A program made the translations under genes and the position numbers. Shown here piece after piece: positions 1 to 10,305 of a DNA stretch of 64,000 bases; the stretch's first letter is position 1, and each line of letters starts with the position of its first letter. The notes beneath the pieces were generated by a model. The model was given only the letters and a program-made list of their open reading frames with translations, searched no databases and had not been told where the DNA came from. The stretch is from Amoebidium appalachense. Taxonomy: Eukaryota; Protista; Ichthyosporea. The stretch spans positions 4,764,409 through 4,828,408 of the forward strand of contig CAVNZM010000012.1 of assembly GCA_963693365.1 (NCBI GenBank), in the 5' to 3' direction.

Positions 1-36
1 CAGTAACGTTCACCACACCCCCCAAGCAACAGCAAA

Positions 37-882
37 ATGGTCAAGCCAACCCTGCTGCGTCAAATGACTGGTCTGTCCACCGTCAAAAGGACCAGCATCG
101 TCGCGGCAAGCAGTGGCAAAGAAAACATCAACAGCAGCGTTGAGGGGTCCAAGATGGTGCAGTACAAGGAGGTGTTCCTCAACGGTGTGGGCAAGGTCAC
201 CATGGGTGCACCCTGGGTCATGAACGACGTGCTGGTGGTGCAGCTGTACAACCTGCCCAACATCAACATCAACGGGCAGATGTTGATTGAACTGGGCACC
301 CACCTGTCTGCCTACGACAAGACCACAATCAAGATCAAGTCCCAGCGCCGCCCCGAGCCCTTTGAGGTGGCCTACGCCACAGACCTGTGGCCCTACGTGT
401 GCAGCATGGCCAAGGACGTGCTGTGGATGCACAAGGACCACGAGATGCTCAAGGGTGTCGACCTGGATGGTGTGCCCGTCAAGACCAGCAGCAACCTCTG
501 GAGCAAGCACACCCCCAACCTGTACGAGGTGCTGGGTGCCGACCCCGTCGGCAAGGAGGACATGGAGGGGGCACTGGGCGACACCTACTTCAACGTGACG
601 GTGGAATTGCCCAACCCCCATGGCCGCAACGCCTGCCTCTTCAAGCTGGGCAACAACGCGGCCTCTGTGGATGAGTTTGTGGAGTTTATGAACTCCCAGC
701 GTGCCAAGTGCCGTGAGGTTACTGCATGGGTGTCTGCTGCCGCCACCAGCGTCATCTACAACAAGAAAAACAACACTGTGCGCACCAAGCTCGTTGCCCG
801 CAAGGTTCAGGTGTTTGATTTAGATGGTCTGATGGAGTTGGTCAGTGATGGTGCGGGTAGTGAGGGGGAGGGGGTGATGTAG
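37..882 (+). CDS. Viral protein, candidate OB-fold ssDNA-binding protein (281 aa)
   Basis: Intronless ORF with viral-like codon use and the GTAAC upstream motif (3-7). C-terminal 'SVIYNKKNNTVRTKLVARKVQVFD' plus an acidic tail resembles T7 gp2.5/NCLDV SSBs. Function is inferred. Confidence 0.5.
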   Translation: MVKPTLLRQMTGLSTVKRTSIVAASSGKENINSSVEGSKMVQYKEVFLNGVGKVTMGAPWVMNDVLVVQLYNLPNININGQMLIELGTHLSAYDKTTIKIKSQRRPEPFEVAYATDLWPYVCSMAKDVLWMHKDHEMLKGVDLDGVPVKTSSNLWSKHTPNLYEVLGADPVGKEDMEGALGDTYFNVTVELPNPHGRNACLFKLGNNAASVDEFVEFMNSQRAKCREVTAWVSAAATSVIYNKKNNTVRTKLVARKVQVFDLDGLMELVSDGAGSEGEGVM

Positions 883-1330
883 ACATGGGGCAGGCTAAGC
901 GTGCTGGCACGCCCATGCCTGGGGAGGACCAGGCCAAAATGCTCAGGATGTAATAGGCACATGTCTGTTTATTCAGAATCTCTTTACCTCCGGGTGATGC
1001 CACGAAATAAACTTCTTCCCAAAAAAAAAACACTGTGTGCCGTCGCGACTGAGTTGACTTAGTACGTACATCAGTGAGAGAGTAAATGATTGCGCCAAAT
1101 ACTTTGCGTAACTTATGAGCCAATGTTCGGAAATCAAGCGAAATTGAATGTTACGTAACATTACGTATACACTTTTTTCTCCCATGTGCACTCTATCAAC
1201 TGTCAGCTCTCTCAGTCTCGTCTCGTTTTCGTTCGTTTTTTGTGAAGAAAAAACTTAGAAAAAACTCTTAAACATTTTCACAATCATCTCTTTTCGCACT
1301 TTTAGGTAGCAACACTTAGAAGTTACACCA

Positions 1331-1530
<200 letters not shown>

Positions 1531-1821
1531 ACGTGTGCAATGCACCATGGTAGTCTTCAGCTTGTGCTCTGTTTTTTTTCTTGGAACTTTCGAAAAAAAA
1601 CAAAAGTTTATTTTTGCCGTCGGTTCAATTCTTTGTATAAAAGAAGAAGAAAAAAAACGTGAAAATAAAGGGCACTGCCCACTATGTATACACAAATCAC
1701 AACGGTGTCTATGTTAATGAGGCCATGGCATGCTCAAACTTTAAGGTACTTTACTACTTTGAAAAACTTAAGAATGGTAAGTTTAGGGCACTGCCCACCA
1801 TCATCACCCCTATCCTGTGCA

Positions 1822-2922
1822 CTAGCCCATGTAGCCTTGGTTCACAGTCTTGAGGGGCGGTGCCGCTGAGGTACGGAGTAAGTTAGGCACCCGGGTCCTA
1901 CCGTAGAAGTAGGGGGCACCGACCGTCATGATGTTGTTGTTGTTGTTGTAGGGGGTGTTGCTGTTGGTGCTGCTGCTGCGGAGGGGGGCAAGGTTTTCCT
2001 TCTCCTTGGGGGCAATGTCGATGAACGTGCCGGACTTGCGCCGTGATGGTGCCTCCTTGTGGATGTTTTTCTTGATCAGCCCTGCAAACACAATCTTCTC
2101 ACCTGCACCATACATACGCTCATTCGCAACCCCACGCAGCAATGCCTGCATGTCATGGAGGACATCCATGGCGACCCCTTTGAAGAGGGGCGTGGACTTC
2201 AACTTGGCTGCCTTTGCAGTGGCCACCATGGTCTGCAGGAAGCCAGCAACAACACGAGCCAGGTGGTGGGCCACCTCTCTCTCCCTGTGGGGAGTGAGTC
2301 CTGCCTTGCACATCCCGACGATGGGCTCCCAGTTGGCCTCTATCTCCTCCAGGTACCTCTGCATGTAGTCGCCAACCAACTGAGGGTCTGTCTCTACCTT
2401 GTGCCTAGTGGATCTCTCATGCTCTGTGAACTGCGGTAGGAGGATGTCTACCACAGCAGCAGCCACCCCCTTGAGCATGAGGGCGTTGCGGCACGCGAGT
2501 GTTGCCAAAAGCGACTTGCCGTGCAGTTCAGCCAGTTCTGCAGGCTCAGAGATGGTACCACGCACCAGCATCTCAGGGAGCCATGCCCCATCAAAGTCAT
2601 CTAGACCCGTGAAGCGTTTTTGGAAGTAGACTTCGCCCCCTGCATCATAGCCAGCGAAGAAGTCACCTTTCTTGGCGGAGAGGAGGAAGGACGCTGCGTT
2701 GGCGGAAACACTGGGCTGTGCTGCATACCCCTCAGCAAGCGTGCGGTAGGATGCGTAGAAGGGTTGAAGCAGAACAGTGTCAAGATCCAAATCTTTGAGA
2801 TGCCAGGAGAAGGTGCGGCCAGGAGGAGGCCTGCGGGGTGGCACAGAAATGGCTGCTGCGGCGGCAGCAAGAACATCAGCATCGTCTAGATCTAGAGGGG
2901 GCAGGAAGGAGAGGTCTGCCAT
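1822..2922 (-). CDS. Viral hypothetical protein (~366 aa)
   Basis: Long ORF starting MADLSFLPP with accATG context; CCAAT-box region upstream; no recognisable family motif. Confidence 0.75.
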   Translation of the reverse strand: MADLSFLPPLDLDDADVLAAAAAAISVPPRRPPPGRTFSWHLKDLDLDTVLLQPFYASYRTLAEGYAAQPSVSANAASFLLSAKKGDFFAGYDAGGEVYFQKRFTGLDDFDGAWLPEMLVRGTISEPAELAELHGKSLLATLACRNALMLKGVAAAVVDILLPQFTEHERSTRHKVETDPQLVGDYMQRYLEEIEANWEPIVGMCKAGLTPHREREVAHHLARVVAGFLQTMVATAKAAKLKSTPLFKGVAMDVLHDMQALLRGVANERMYGAGEKIVFAGLIKKNIHKEAPSRRKSGTFIDIAPKEKENLAPLRSSSTNSNTPYNNNNNIMTVGAPYFYGRTRVPNLLRTSAAPPLKTVNQGYMG

Positions 2923-2934
2923 GGTTTCCAAAGT

Positions 2935-3165
2935 TCGCTGCTTGCAAAAAGACCAGGCTAGAGTGGCTTAGAATATAAGAAAAAGTGTTTGAAGAAGGAA
3001 CGTTTGCAGGTGGCTTTTGTGCCCTCCGGTGCACACACGCTACCGTGCTCCAAAATTCGGTGACTCCTGTTGCCCTAGGCGTCCAATAGGAGCGCAGGGG
3101 AGTCGCCAATGGAATGCAAGTCAACAAATTCTACAAAATTTGATTGGCCGCTCGCACCGCCCGCC
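2935..3165 (-). promoter_or_regulatory. Putative CCAAT-box promoter of ORF 1822-2922
   Basis: ggcgtCCAAT (~3078), gCCAAT (~3105), ATTGGccg (~3143) and cttgcaaaaa (2941); the same words occur upstream of pPolB. Confidence 0.5.
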
Positions 3166-3207
3166 AACGGTTTTTCCCTGCACACTTACCATAAACGGAA
3201 GGTTCCA

Positions 3208-3789
3208 TTAGAGGATGCCGCGTCCCGATACGTTTGGCGACCTGGCTGGCGGCCAGACGTAGGGCTTACCGCCGACAAGCACCTGCGCACCGCCCCCTCC
3301 ACCCCCTCTCCACTCGTAGCTGTTTCCCGTGCGTGTGCCTGCAGCATTCAAGTTATAAGGACCATATCCCAACGCATCCTGGGTGTTGTGCAGCAGGTAG
3401 TTGCCCGCATCCCTCGTGCCATTCCTCAGGGTCTTCCACGCACTGAATGCACCATTCTGCGCGCCCTGCCCTGCACGCTGCGTGCCCTGCATGGCAGCAT
3501 CGCCTGTGGCACGCGCTACCCCCTTGAGGCCCTTGAACACCGTCCCCCCCGCCTCCCCCGCCTTCCCTGCAGTGTAGGTGGCAGCATCCGCAGCCTTGTT
3601 GTACATGTAGTTGCCCACCCCCCTCGCAATGTCCCCCTTGTGCTTCCATGCATAGTACCCCCCTGCCCCCAAGGCAGCACCGCCCGCCAGGGCCCCCACC
3701 CACTTGGCTACCTCTGAGGCCTTGTTTGGCCGGTTCTGCACGTAGATGACACGCGTGTTGCCGCTCCTGCCTTGCGATGACACCCCCAT
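3208..3789 (-). CDS. Gly/Ala-rich viral protein with one hydrophobic segment (193 aa), candidate virion membrane-active protein
   Basis: WVGALAGGAALGAGGYYAW segment followed by amphipathic-looking helices; AAAAAT...GTAAAC motif upstream. Confidence 0.7.
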   Translation of the reverse strand: MGVSSQGRSGNTRVIYVQNRPNKASEVAKWVGALAGGAALGAGGYYAWKHKGDIARGVGNYMYNKAADAATYTAGKAGEAGGTVFKGLKGVARATGDAAMQGTQRAGQGAQNGAFSAWKTLRNGTRDAGNYLLHNTQDALGYGPYNLNAAGTRTGNSYEWRGGGGGGAQVLVGGKPYVWPPARSPNVSGRGIL

Positions 3790-3886
3790 GGTGACGTGAC
3801 TTGCACGTTTACTTATGCATGCACAATATTTTTATTTTTGGTTGCCAATTGCCCGCTTGGCCATGGCCTACTACGTACACTAACGG

Positions 3887-4150
3887 TCAGTGCATGGGCC
3901 TGCCATGTGCACGCCTGAGTGCCGCAAAGGTGGGTCTGGGGCGAGCAAATCGGCCTGCTGCAGACCCTGCCATGGTGCTTGGTTTGAGGAAGAAGGGGTG
4001 GCGGGTACCGTGCGGGCATATCTTGTCCGCAACGGCCTGTGCCATCGCCTGCTGGCCATAGTAGCTAAAGTCTGTGTGCGTGGCGTTTGACGTACACGCA
4101 GTGAGGGGCTGAAACTGGTCGTTCAGCACGATTTGGTAGGTGTTGGCCAT
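3887..4150 (-). CDS. Small viral protein (87 aa) with Arg-rich C-terminus
   Basis: accATG start (MANTYQIV...), AAAAATGTG upstream, fills the gap between neighbouring genes. Confidence 0.6.
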   Translation of the reverse strand: MANTYQIVLNDQFQPLTACTSNATHTDFSYYGQQAMAQAVADKICPHGTRHPFFLKPSTMAGSAAGRFARPRPTFAALRRAHGRPMH

Positions 4151-4225
4151 GGTGTGCACGCACTACATACACTCTAACACACATTTTTATGATCTAGACC
4201 CTACTAGTAGATCTTAGTAATTAAG

Positions 4226-5193
4226 CTAGAAATCCAGCCCCAACACGGCCCCTGCCTTTGAGCTGCGCGGGTATGCCTCAGGCATCCACGACACTACACG
4301 CGGGCCACCGACAGGCTGAGGCTCTGTGAACAAAAGCAGGCACACGCCCTCTGGCGATGGCCTCTTGAACCCCTCAAACTTGATCCTGTTGGAAGTAGAG
4401 TCCGCTGTGACTAGGGTCGTCGTGGCGCGCTTGGGCGCTGACCCGTTTTTTACTGCTTTCAGTGTGTTAACTCCATGACTGAACTCCATGACTGAACTCC
4501 ATGACTGAACTCCATGACTTAACTCCATGTCTGCACCTGGCAGAGACGTGGCTTATATACCCGTGGGGCAGCAGTCTGGAATGTAATCCGGATGCCAGGC
4601 GCTAATCGGATTGGTTACTTTCATTTAGAGATCTCTGGGACCAGTGAACCAATCGTTTGCAGTCAAAACACAATTGGCAACATTCCTCAACTATGCAGAT
4701 GTGCATGTGGTGATCGAGTGTCAGCATGTGTCTATGTACACGGAACCAATTGTAAAGCTAACATACACATATTGTGGAGTGAGCGTAAGTCTGCACTCCA
4801 ACAGATCCTACCCCTCAGGATGCGTATCTCTGCGGCGTACCTGAAGGCCAGGTCATGGAACCAGCGTGCCTCCGTGCGTGCAGGCACGAGTAGCACGCTC
4901 TTTCTACCCTTGGATATGTACATTCGTATGGCCATGCGTAAAAATGGGGGAATCTCAGAGAAGGGAGGGTTGACATAGTTTATTTTCTCGGTGGACCACA
5001 CGTCGTCGTCTGTGAGTGCGCAAGGGTCCTCCCCCTCCCGCCAGGTGATGGGGCAGGGGTCATTGAGTGCGCCAAACTCCTTTTCGAGTGCATCCAGCAC
5101 CCATGCTGGTGTCTGCACCTTGTCAGTGTCCACTCCGGCCTTCCTCTTGTCCTGTGTGACCTTGTACACCCCGCAGCAGCTGCCCAGCCCCAT
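4226..5193 (-). pseudogene. Phage-type DNA N6-adenine (Dam family) methyltransferase interrupted by a solo LTR
   Basis: Motifs QTP, DPCP, YVNPPFS and LVPARTEARWF. Removing 4387-4803 and one GATCC copy joins ...EIRILRGRI to KFEGFKRPSP... in frame. Confidence 0.9.
4387..4803 (-). mobile_element. Solo LTR (family A, same as the TRIM at 27033-28040)
   Basis: TGTTGG...CCAACA termini, 5-bp TSD GATCC (4382-4386 and 4804-4808), near identity to 27033-27426 and 27647-28040. Confidence 0.97.
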
Positions 5194-5240
5194 GATCACA
5201 CAGTCCCGCACCTGTGTGCTGTGAAAATTTCGCGGGCCAC

Positions 5241-5362
5241 GGGCCGGTCCAGATTAGCCCGGGTCGGGTCGGGCCGGGCCGGGTCGTTAACGGGTCGACG
5301 CGACCCAAATCTGACCAGGCGGGCCCGAACCGACCCGCACGGGCCTGATCCGGACCTGGGCC
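5241..5362. repeat. ~120-bp GC-rich imperfect palindrome
   Basis: Left arm gggccggtccagattagcccgggtcgggtcgggcc pairs with right arm gggcccgaaccgacccgcacgggcctgatccggacctgggcc; centre gggtcg-acg-cgaccc. Confidence 0.75.
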
Positions 5363-5555
5363 TGGGGTCCGCACATGGAGGATTAGCCTGATTTGGAAGG
5401 CGACCAAATTGGGCTAGTTTTGGCGGTCGCTGGTTGGTGGGGCGTCCCCTGTTTGCGCAATCATCCCAAAATGGCCAGTTTTCGCGGTGGCTGGTTGGTG
5501 GGGCGTCTCTGTTTTTTTCAAGACGGATGGTTTTTCCAGAATGGGCAGGTCACAC

Positions 5556-6865
5556 CTAGCGGCGTGCACGCCTTTCACTGCGACGCAGACCCGTTTGCTC
5601 CTGTTGGTGGGCAAACTCCAGTTTTCTCAGTTCCTGTACCTTTCGTTTTTCCTTTTCCTTTTGGGCTTGTGCACGCGTGCCCTTCTGGCGCACCAGCTCG
5701 CGCCCTTCAAACGCCAGCTCCTCGCGAGCCCTCTCCTTGGCTGTCTCCTTGCGAGCTGCACGCATCCCGCTGCTGGGCGGTACAGACACGCTGGTAGGTG
5801 GTACCTTCTTTAGCATGGTGTCTGGCCAAGCGTAACGTAGGCCTGGCGTGTGTTTCCTCATCTCCCCTGTAGCCGCGTTGCGTAGCGCCCACCCACTTGC
5901 ATCCTTGTAGGCGAGCGTGTAGATGTCCTTGGACCAGTTTCTTCCCTCCTTTTCAAACGGTCCCTTTGGCTTTTTGAGTGCACGCACGTGCACGCCCTCC
6001 GTGTGCCCCATCTTGGCACGTAGCTTACCTTTTGCTTCCTGTTCTCCAGCCACGTGTTGATGCTGTTCCACCGTTCGGCCCTCTGGGTCATCCTGTTGGG
6101 CTCTCTACCGATCGAACCATGGTACGTGTCGTTGTAATCCTCCAACACGTTTTCCAACCCTTCCCCCGTCCACTTGCCCGTGTCGTTGGCCTCCATGTAC
6201 TTGCTCAATCCTTGCTTTAGGGTGCGATGGAACCGTTCTACCATGGCCACGTTGCGTGGTTTTCGGCCTGGCTTTTGCGGGAGGATGGTGATGTCGTGTT
6301 GATCGTAGTACTTTTTGCTAAGGATCTCCGTGCCCTTGTCCGTAAAGATCTGCTTCACCTCTGTAGGTTGTAGGTTCTCCTCCCCTTTGTTGCTTTCGTC
6401 CTTCATCTCCCTGATGGTCTTTAAGGCTTTGTGCACTGCCCTCTGCATCTCCGGCCCGTTGCTGATGGTGAGGTGCTCGTTCTTCCCGCTCCCTGAGCTC
6501 TTTGTTTTTATGGGCACGACCGTTGCCTGCCTCGTGTTCATGTCAATCATGCTCAATCCCCCCTTGTAACCCCTGTTTGCCTTTGAGTAACGTGGCATGA
6601 AAAACAGATCCGCCGCCACGCTGTTTGGCCGTGCTGTGGTGGGGAGGTAGTCCTTCCTCTCGATACGATGGGGGGCGAGCACCTCCTTGAGGGATTCCTG
6701 CTGCCCGGTGTTTCTTCTGGACAGGTAGGCACGCACGGCTGGTTGCCCTACCCTCTTGTCTTTTGCTTTTGCACGCCGCCACAGTGCCTGCACGGTGGGG
6801 GGGAGCTTGAAGGTGGCGTAGGTCTCCTCAATCACCTGCTCAATGCCCTTGTCTCTGGCCACCAT
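5556..6865 (-). CDS. Retroviral-type (rve, DDE) integrase of Polinton type, one frameshift near 6030
   Basis: ADLFFM / FTDKGTE / MVERFHRTLK triad in ORF 5858-6865. The Polinton-like C-terminus (VRALKKPKGPFEKEGRNWSKDIYTL) lies in the overlapping frame 5556-6071. Confidence 0.9.
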
Positions 6866-6886
6866 GGTGGTTTCCTGCGCTCGCTA

Positions 6887-7462
6887 CTAGTCGGTTGACA
6901 CTTTCTCCTCGGGCACCCTTCTTGGCCTGCGGGTGTTGGTGGTCTTTCTGGTCGTTTTTTTTGCCTTGGGGGCAGGGGGTGCCTGGAGCTTGATGGGGTG
7001 GTCGGGGATGAGGGGGCGTGGGTGCAATGGGGTGACGTCCTTTTCCGTGTCCGTGCTGCCTGTGCTTGAGGCCATACCCTCATCATCGTCGAGTAGGGTG
7101 AGCACGGCGGATTGTAGCTCTTGTGGTGGGGGAGGGGGTGACTGGGCAGGGGAGGGGAAGGCAAAGAGGGGCTCAAAGGGGGGTGTAGGGGAGAGGAGGT
7201 CGTGGGGGAAAGGGGTGTCTGGCCGGGGGGAGGGGGTGGGGTGCTCGTGCAGTAGCACGTCCCTGATGGTGCTTGCATTCTCTTTCAACCACTCTGTAAA
7301 GGGTCTCCACTCTAGCCCCTTTTCTGTGCAAACCAACATCTCCCCTTCCTTGGGTGGGTGTTTTGGGAACACGAGGTCGTAGGCTTCAGTAGATGGGTGG
7401 GCTAGCACACCCACGTACCCGCCTGCACGCGTGAGCAGATTGAGCCTGGTTACGTTAGACAT
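6887..7462 (-). CDS. Viral protein (191 aa): fibre-type N-terminal module, Pro-rich linker, basic tail
   Basis: GYVGV...AYDLVFPKHPPKEGEMLVCTEKGLEW matches the N-termini of the genes starting at 10287 and 11829. Confidence 0.7.
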   Translation of the reverse strand: MSNVTRLNLLTRAGGYVGVLAHPSTEAYDLVFPKHPPKEGEMLVCTEKGLEWRPFTEWLKENASTIRDVLLHEHPTPSPRPDTPFPHDLLSPTPPFEPLFAFPSPAQSPPPPPQELQSAVLTLLDDDEGMASSTGSTDTEKDVTPLHPRPLIPDHPIKLQAPPAPKAKKTTRKTTNTRRPRRVPEEKVSTD

Positions 7463-7513
7463 CTTGGTCTTGTTTTTCCCTTTTATTATGGTTGCACATT
7501 TTTTCGTACGGAG

Positions 7514-8278
7514 ATGGTAGTAGGCAACTCAGTTGTGAGAATGATTGTCGACCTTGCACGTATATATTTTACCACCTGCTGTGCCATCATGTGTGTTGCA
7601 CTCGTGGTGGCGTCCTACGGCACAGCCGTACTCATACCGGAACTTGCCAAACGTACATGCATGTTTTGGCTCATCATCCTACCCCTCACAGGTGTGGTCA
7701 TGTGCCAGGCACAATGGGTGGCGTATGCCTGGCTCGACGTGGACACCCACCCTGACGTGGCCGGGCACTGTGTGATGTGGGCACCCTACTGGCTGGGCTC
7801 GTGGCTGTATGTGGCCTCCCCCCTCGCCTACATGCTGGCAGCAGCGTGCTGGGCCCGATCCATGCGTGTGACGACCACGTTGTTCTTCCCACGGGCCGTG
7901 GCGTACATGGTGTGTGCCTCCCTCCTCCCCCTAAGTGCCCTCTACGGCATGACGTGCGTGTTTGAACCGTCGGTGTTTGGCTACGTGTTTCTTGTGTTGA
8001 GGGGCGTGCTGGCGTGTGCCACCCTCGCCTGTGCACGGTACATGCTCTCCCTGTCCGTGCCCGTGCTCACCAGGAACATTGTGCTGTGCGTGTGCGTGCA
8101 TGCAGGCCTTGCACTGGCAGGCATTGTGTTTGACGAGCTCCACTGGAACTTGTGGGAGTTTGGGTTTTTGGAGAACGGGTTTCTGACCACGTTGGGGTAC
8201 ACACTGCTCGCCTGCTGCCTGCTTGCCCTCTGGTACCTCATACTCTACTGCATGGACGTGCTGGGCCCCTACACGTAG
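7514..8278 (+). CDS. Multi-pass (~7 TM) membrane protein (254 aa)
   Basis: About seven hydrophobic segments with short loops; intronless; flanked by viral genes. Confidence 0.75.
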   Translation: MVVGNSVVRMIVDLARIYFTTCCAIMCVALVVASYGTAVLIPELAKRTCMFWLIILPLTGVVMCQAQWVAYAWLDVDTHPDVAGHCVMWAPYWLGSWLYVASPLAYMLAAACWARSMRVTTTLFFPRAVAYMVCASLLPLSALYGMTCVFEPSVFGYVFLVLRGVLACATLACARYMLSLSVPVLTRNIVLCVCVHAGLALAGIVFDELHWNLWEFGFLENGFLTTLGYTLLACCLLALWYLILYCMDVLGPYT

Positions 8279-8280
8279 TT

Positions 8281-10287
8281 TTAGGGCATGGTCCATTTTG
8301 GCCCGTTGTCCCAGTCACCCACATCCACGACGTTGTGGTCGGGCCCGTACTTACCCTGGTTGTTCTTCCAGGCCTCGAGCTCGGCGGCGTAGTTGTCGTA
8401 GTCGGTGGCGGCCCGGCGTGCCTTCCTCTTGCCCATCTTGCCAATGCCCGTGCCTAGCTTACCTCCGTACCTCTGTGCGAGTTTGCATGCCCCCTTGCCC
8501 ACGGCAGATACGGCATCGCCGACCACAGGTATGACCCCCATCAAGTCCATCACACTCTCCACAATGTCCAACGGGCTTGGTTTGAACGTTTTCTCTTCGA
8601 CGAAGTCTCTTAGCACGGGCACAAAGTTGATCTCCCTCGGCCTCACCATAAACCACAGGTCGTTTTCCTGCATGCTCTGTGGCACCTTTCCGTTGGGCAT
8701 GTGTGCACGTATGGTGTTGAGGTACTGTTTGAGGGCCGAGCCCACCGGTTCCCATAGCTGGTCCACCTCGTCCCAGGGGTCGGGGGAAACGGCTTCGTTG
8801 TAGTTTAGACGTAGCACCCGGCTTGTCACCCTGTACGTGAGCTCCATTTCCGGGTGGGGTAGTGTCCCCTTTGGGGCCCGAATACACGCTCTTGTTGGTC
8901 CCCCCCAAATCACCGACGGCGCTGACGGTGGTTTCGTATTGAAACATGACGCTGGGAAACTTGTAGTGGACCTTGTGGTCAAGTTTCACGTAGCCCATGC
9001 GTGTGGTGGTGTAGTCGTTGGGGCCCCTGTTGGAGAAGTGCAGGAGGCCCGGCCTGAAGTACCGTATCTTGGTTGTGCCTGATATGGTCTCTTGCTCCTG
9101 TGCCCACACCCTGCTCTTTATCCAGTTTGTGAGAACCTTGTCGTCGTAGGGGAACTTTCCGCCCCCGGGCAGGTCGGGGTTGTCCTCGTTGATGTAGTCC
9201 ATGTGCCAGTCGTTGTTGGTGTCGTGCAGGTCCGTGTGGTCAACCTCTGTGTTGATGATGGGCACGTCGTGCAGGTACTCGGCCTTCTCGACGACGACCT
9301 GGTTGAGCTCGTACAGCTGGCTGCTGTCTAGGTTGGCGGTGAGCTTGCCGGCAATGTGCTGCTGCAGCGGCTCCCCCCGGGGCACGGTGCCCATGACAAT
9401 GTCGTACGTCATGAACGGTAAGACCCTGCTGATGCCCTTCTTGTTGTAGGGGTAGTTGTTGTTGAGGGGGTACGTGTTTGATGATATGACGGCCTCCATG
9501 GTTGGGGTGTAGGGCCAAAGGGTGGCGTGTCTTGCCTCGTCCATTTCGTTTTCGTAGAAGTTGGTGTACGTGTGGCCGTCGTCCTTGTCCTGCCCGTTTA
9601 TGCCGACATGGTCGAACTTGAAGCATGCGGTTCGTGCAGACATGGGGTAGTGGTGGGTCTGGAACGTGATGGTCTGTCTCTCCTCGTCCCAGCTCCCAAA
9701 AAAGAGGGGGTGCCCATGCTGTGTGGGGTGTCTGGGTTGCTTATCATGGGGAACTTGGGGAAGTCGGGGCGTTCGGGCAGGGCTGTCTTGATCTGTCTGT
9801 TTATGGTACGCACCGACGTCCACCCGTCGGAAAACAAAAAGTTTGGCCGGACCCACATGGAGTAGGGAAATATCGGGTCTGGGGTCAGCCCCTCCAGTCT
9901 GAGCAGGCGACGTACAATGTTGTCTTCAAAGTTCTCCTTGTCGTCCCCCCACAGCACCTTTACTATAGTGTCCAAGGTTTCCTTCATGGTGTCGTAGACG
10001 GTGTGCTCGTCCCAGTTCTTTACCATGCCCTTTTCCAACAGCACCACCCTCCTCTCCAGGTCGTCCAGCCGGTCGGTCACCTCCGCCACGGGCATGAAGG
10101 TACCGGCCCCCACCTCGTCCACCTTCAAGAAGGCAGGCCCCGCTCGGGGGAGGCTTTTGGGCAGCTCGAGGACGTAGCTGTCGTGCCCGTGCCCGCTCGA
10201 ATCGGGTCGGATGCCGACGTAGTAGTCTGCGCTCTTCGGGCCCACCAGGGAGAGCCCCTGGGCAACGTGCCACGCTAAAGCGCTCAT
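8281..10287 (-). CDS. Fibre/spike-like protein (~670 aa) split over three frames by two frameshifts (~9710 and ~8870)
   Basis: ORFs 9598-10287, 8459-9856 and 8281-8982 join by single-base changes in homopolymers. N-terminal module shared with ORF 10306-11829, followed by a short coiled coil (LDDLERRVVLLE). Confidence 0.7.
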
Positions 10288-10305
10288 GGTGGGTTTACTA
10301 GTGTG

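Noticed and set aside
4469-4530. 13-bp AACTCCATGACTG array as a possible CRISPR-like repeat
   Set aside because: No spacers; it is a tandem repeat within LTR family A (5 copies here, 3 in the TRIM LTRs).
4592-4978. Repeated ORF MPGANRIGYF... (also 27215, 27829) and MIPVLGRL... (35971, 39023)
   Set aside because: They lie inside LTR copies and run into unrelated flanks; not genes.
6020-6035. AG/GTAAG splice donor at the integrase frameshift
   Set aside because: No room for an intron before the conserved C-terminal motifs; a one-base loss in the A run is simpler.
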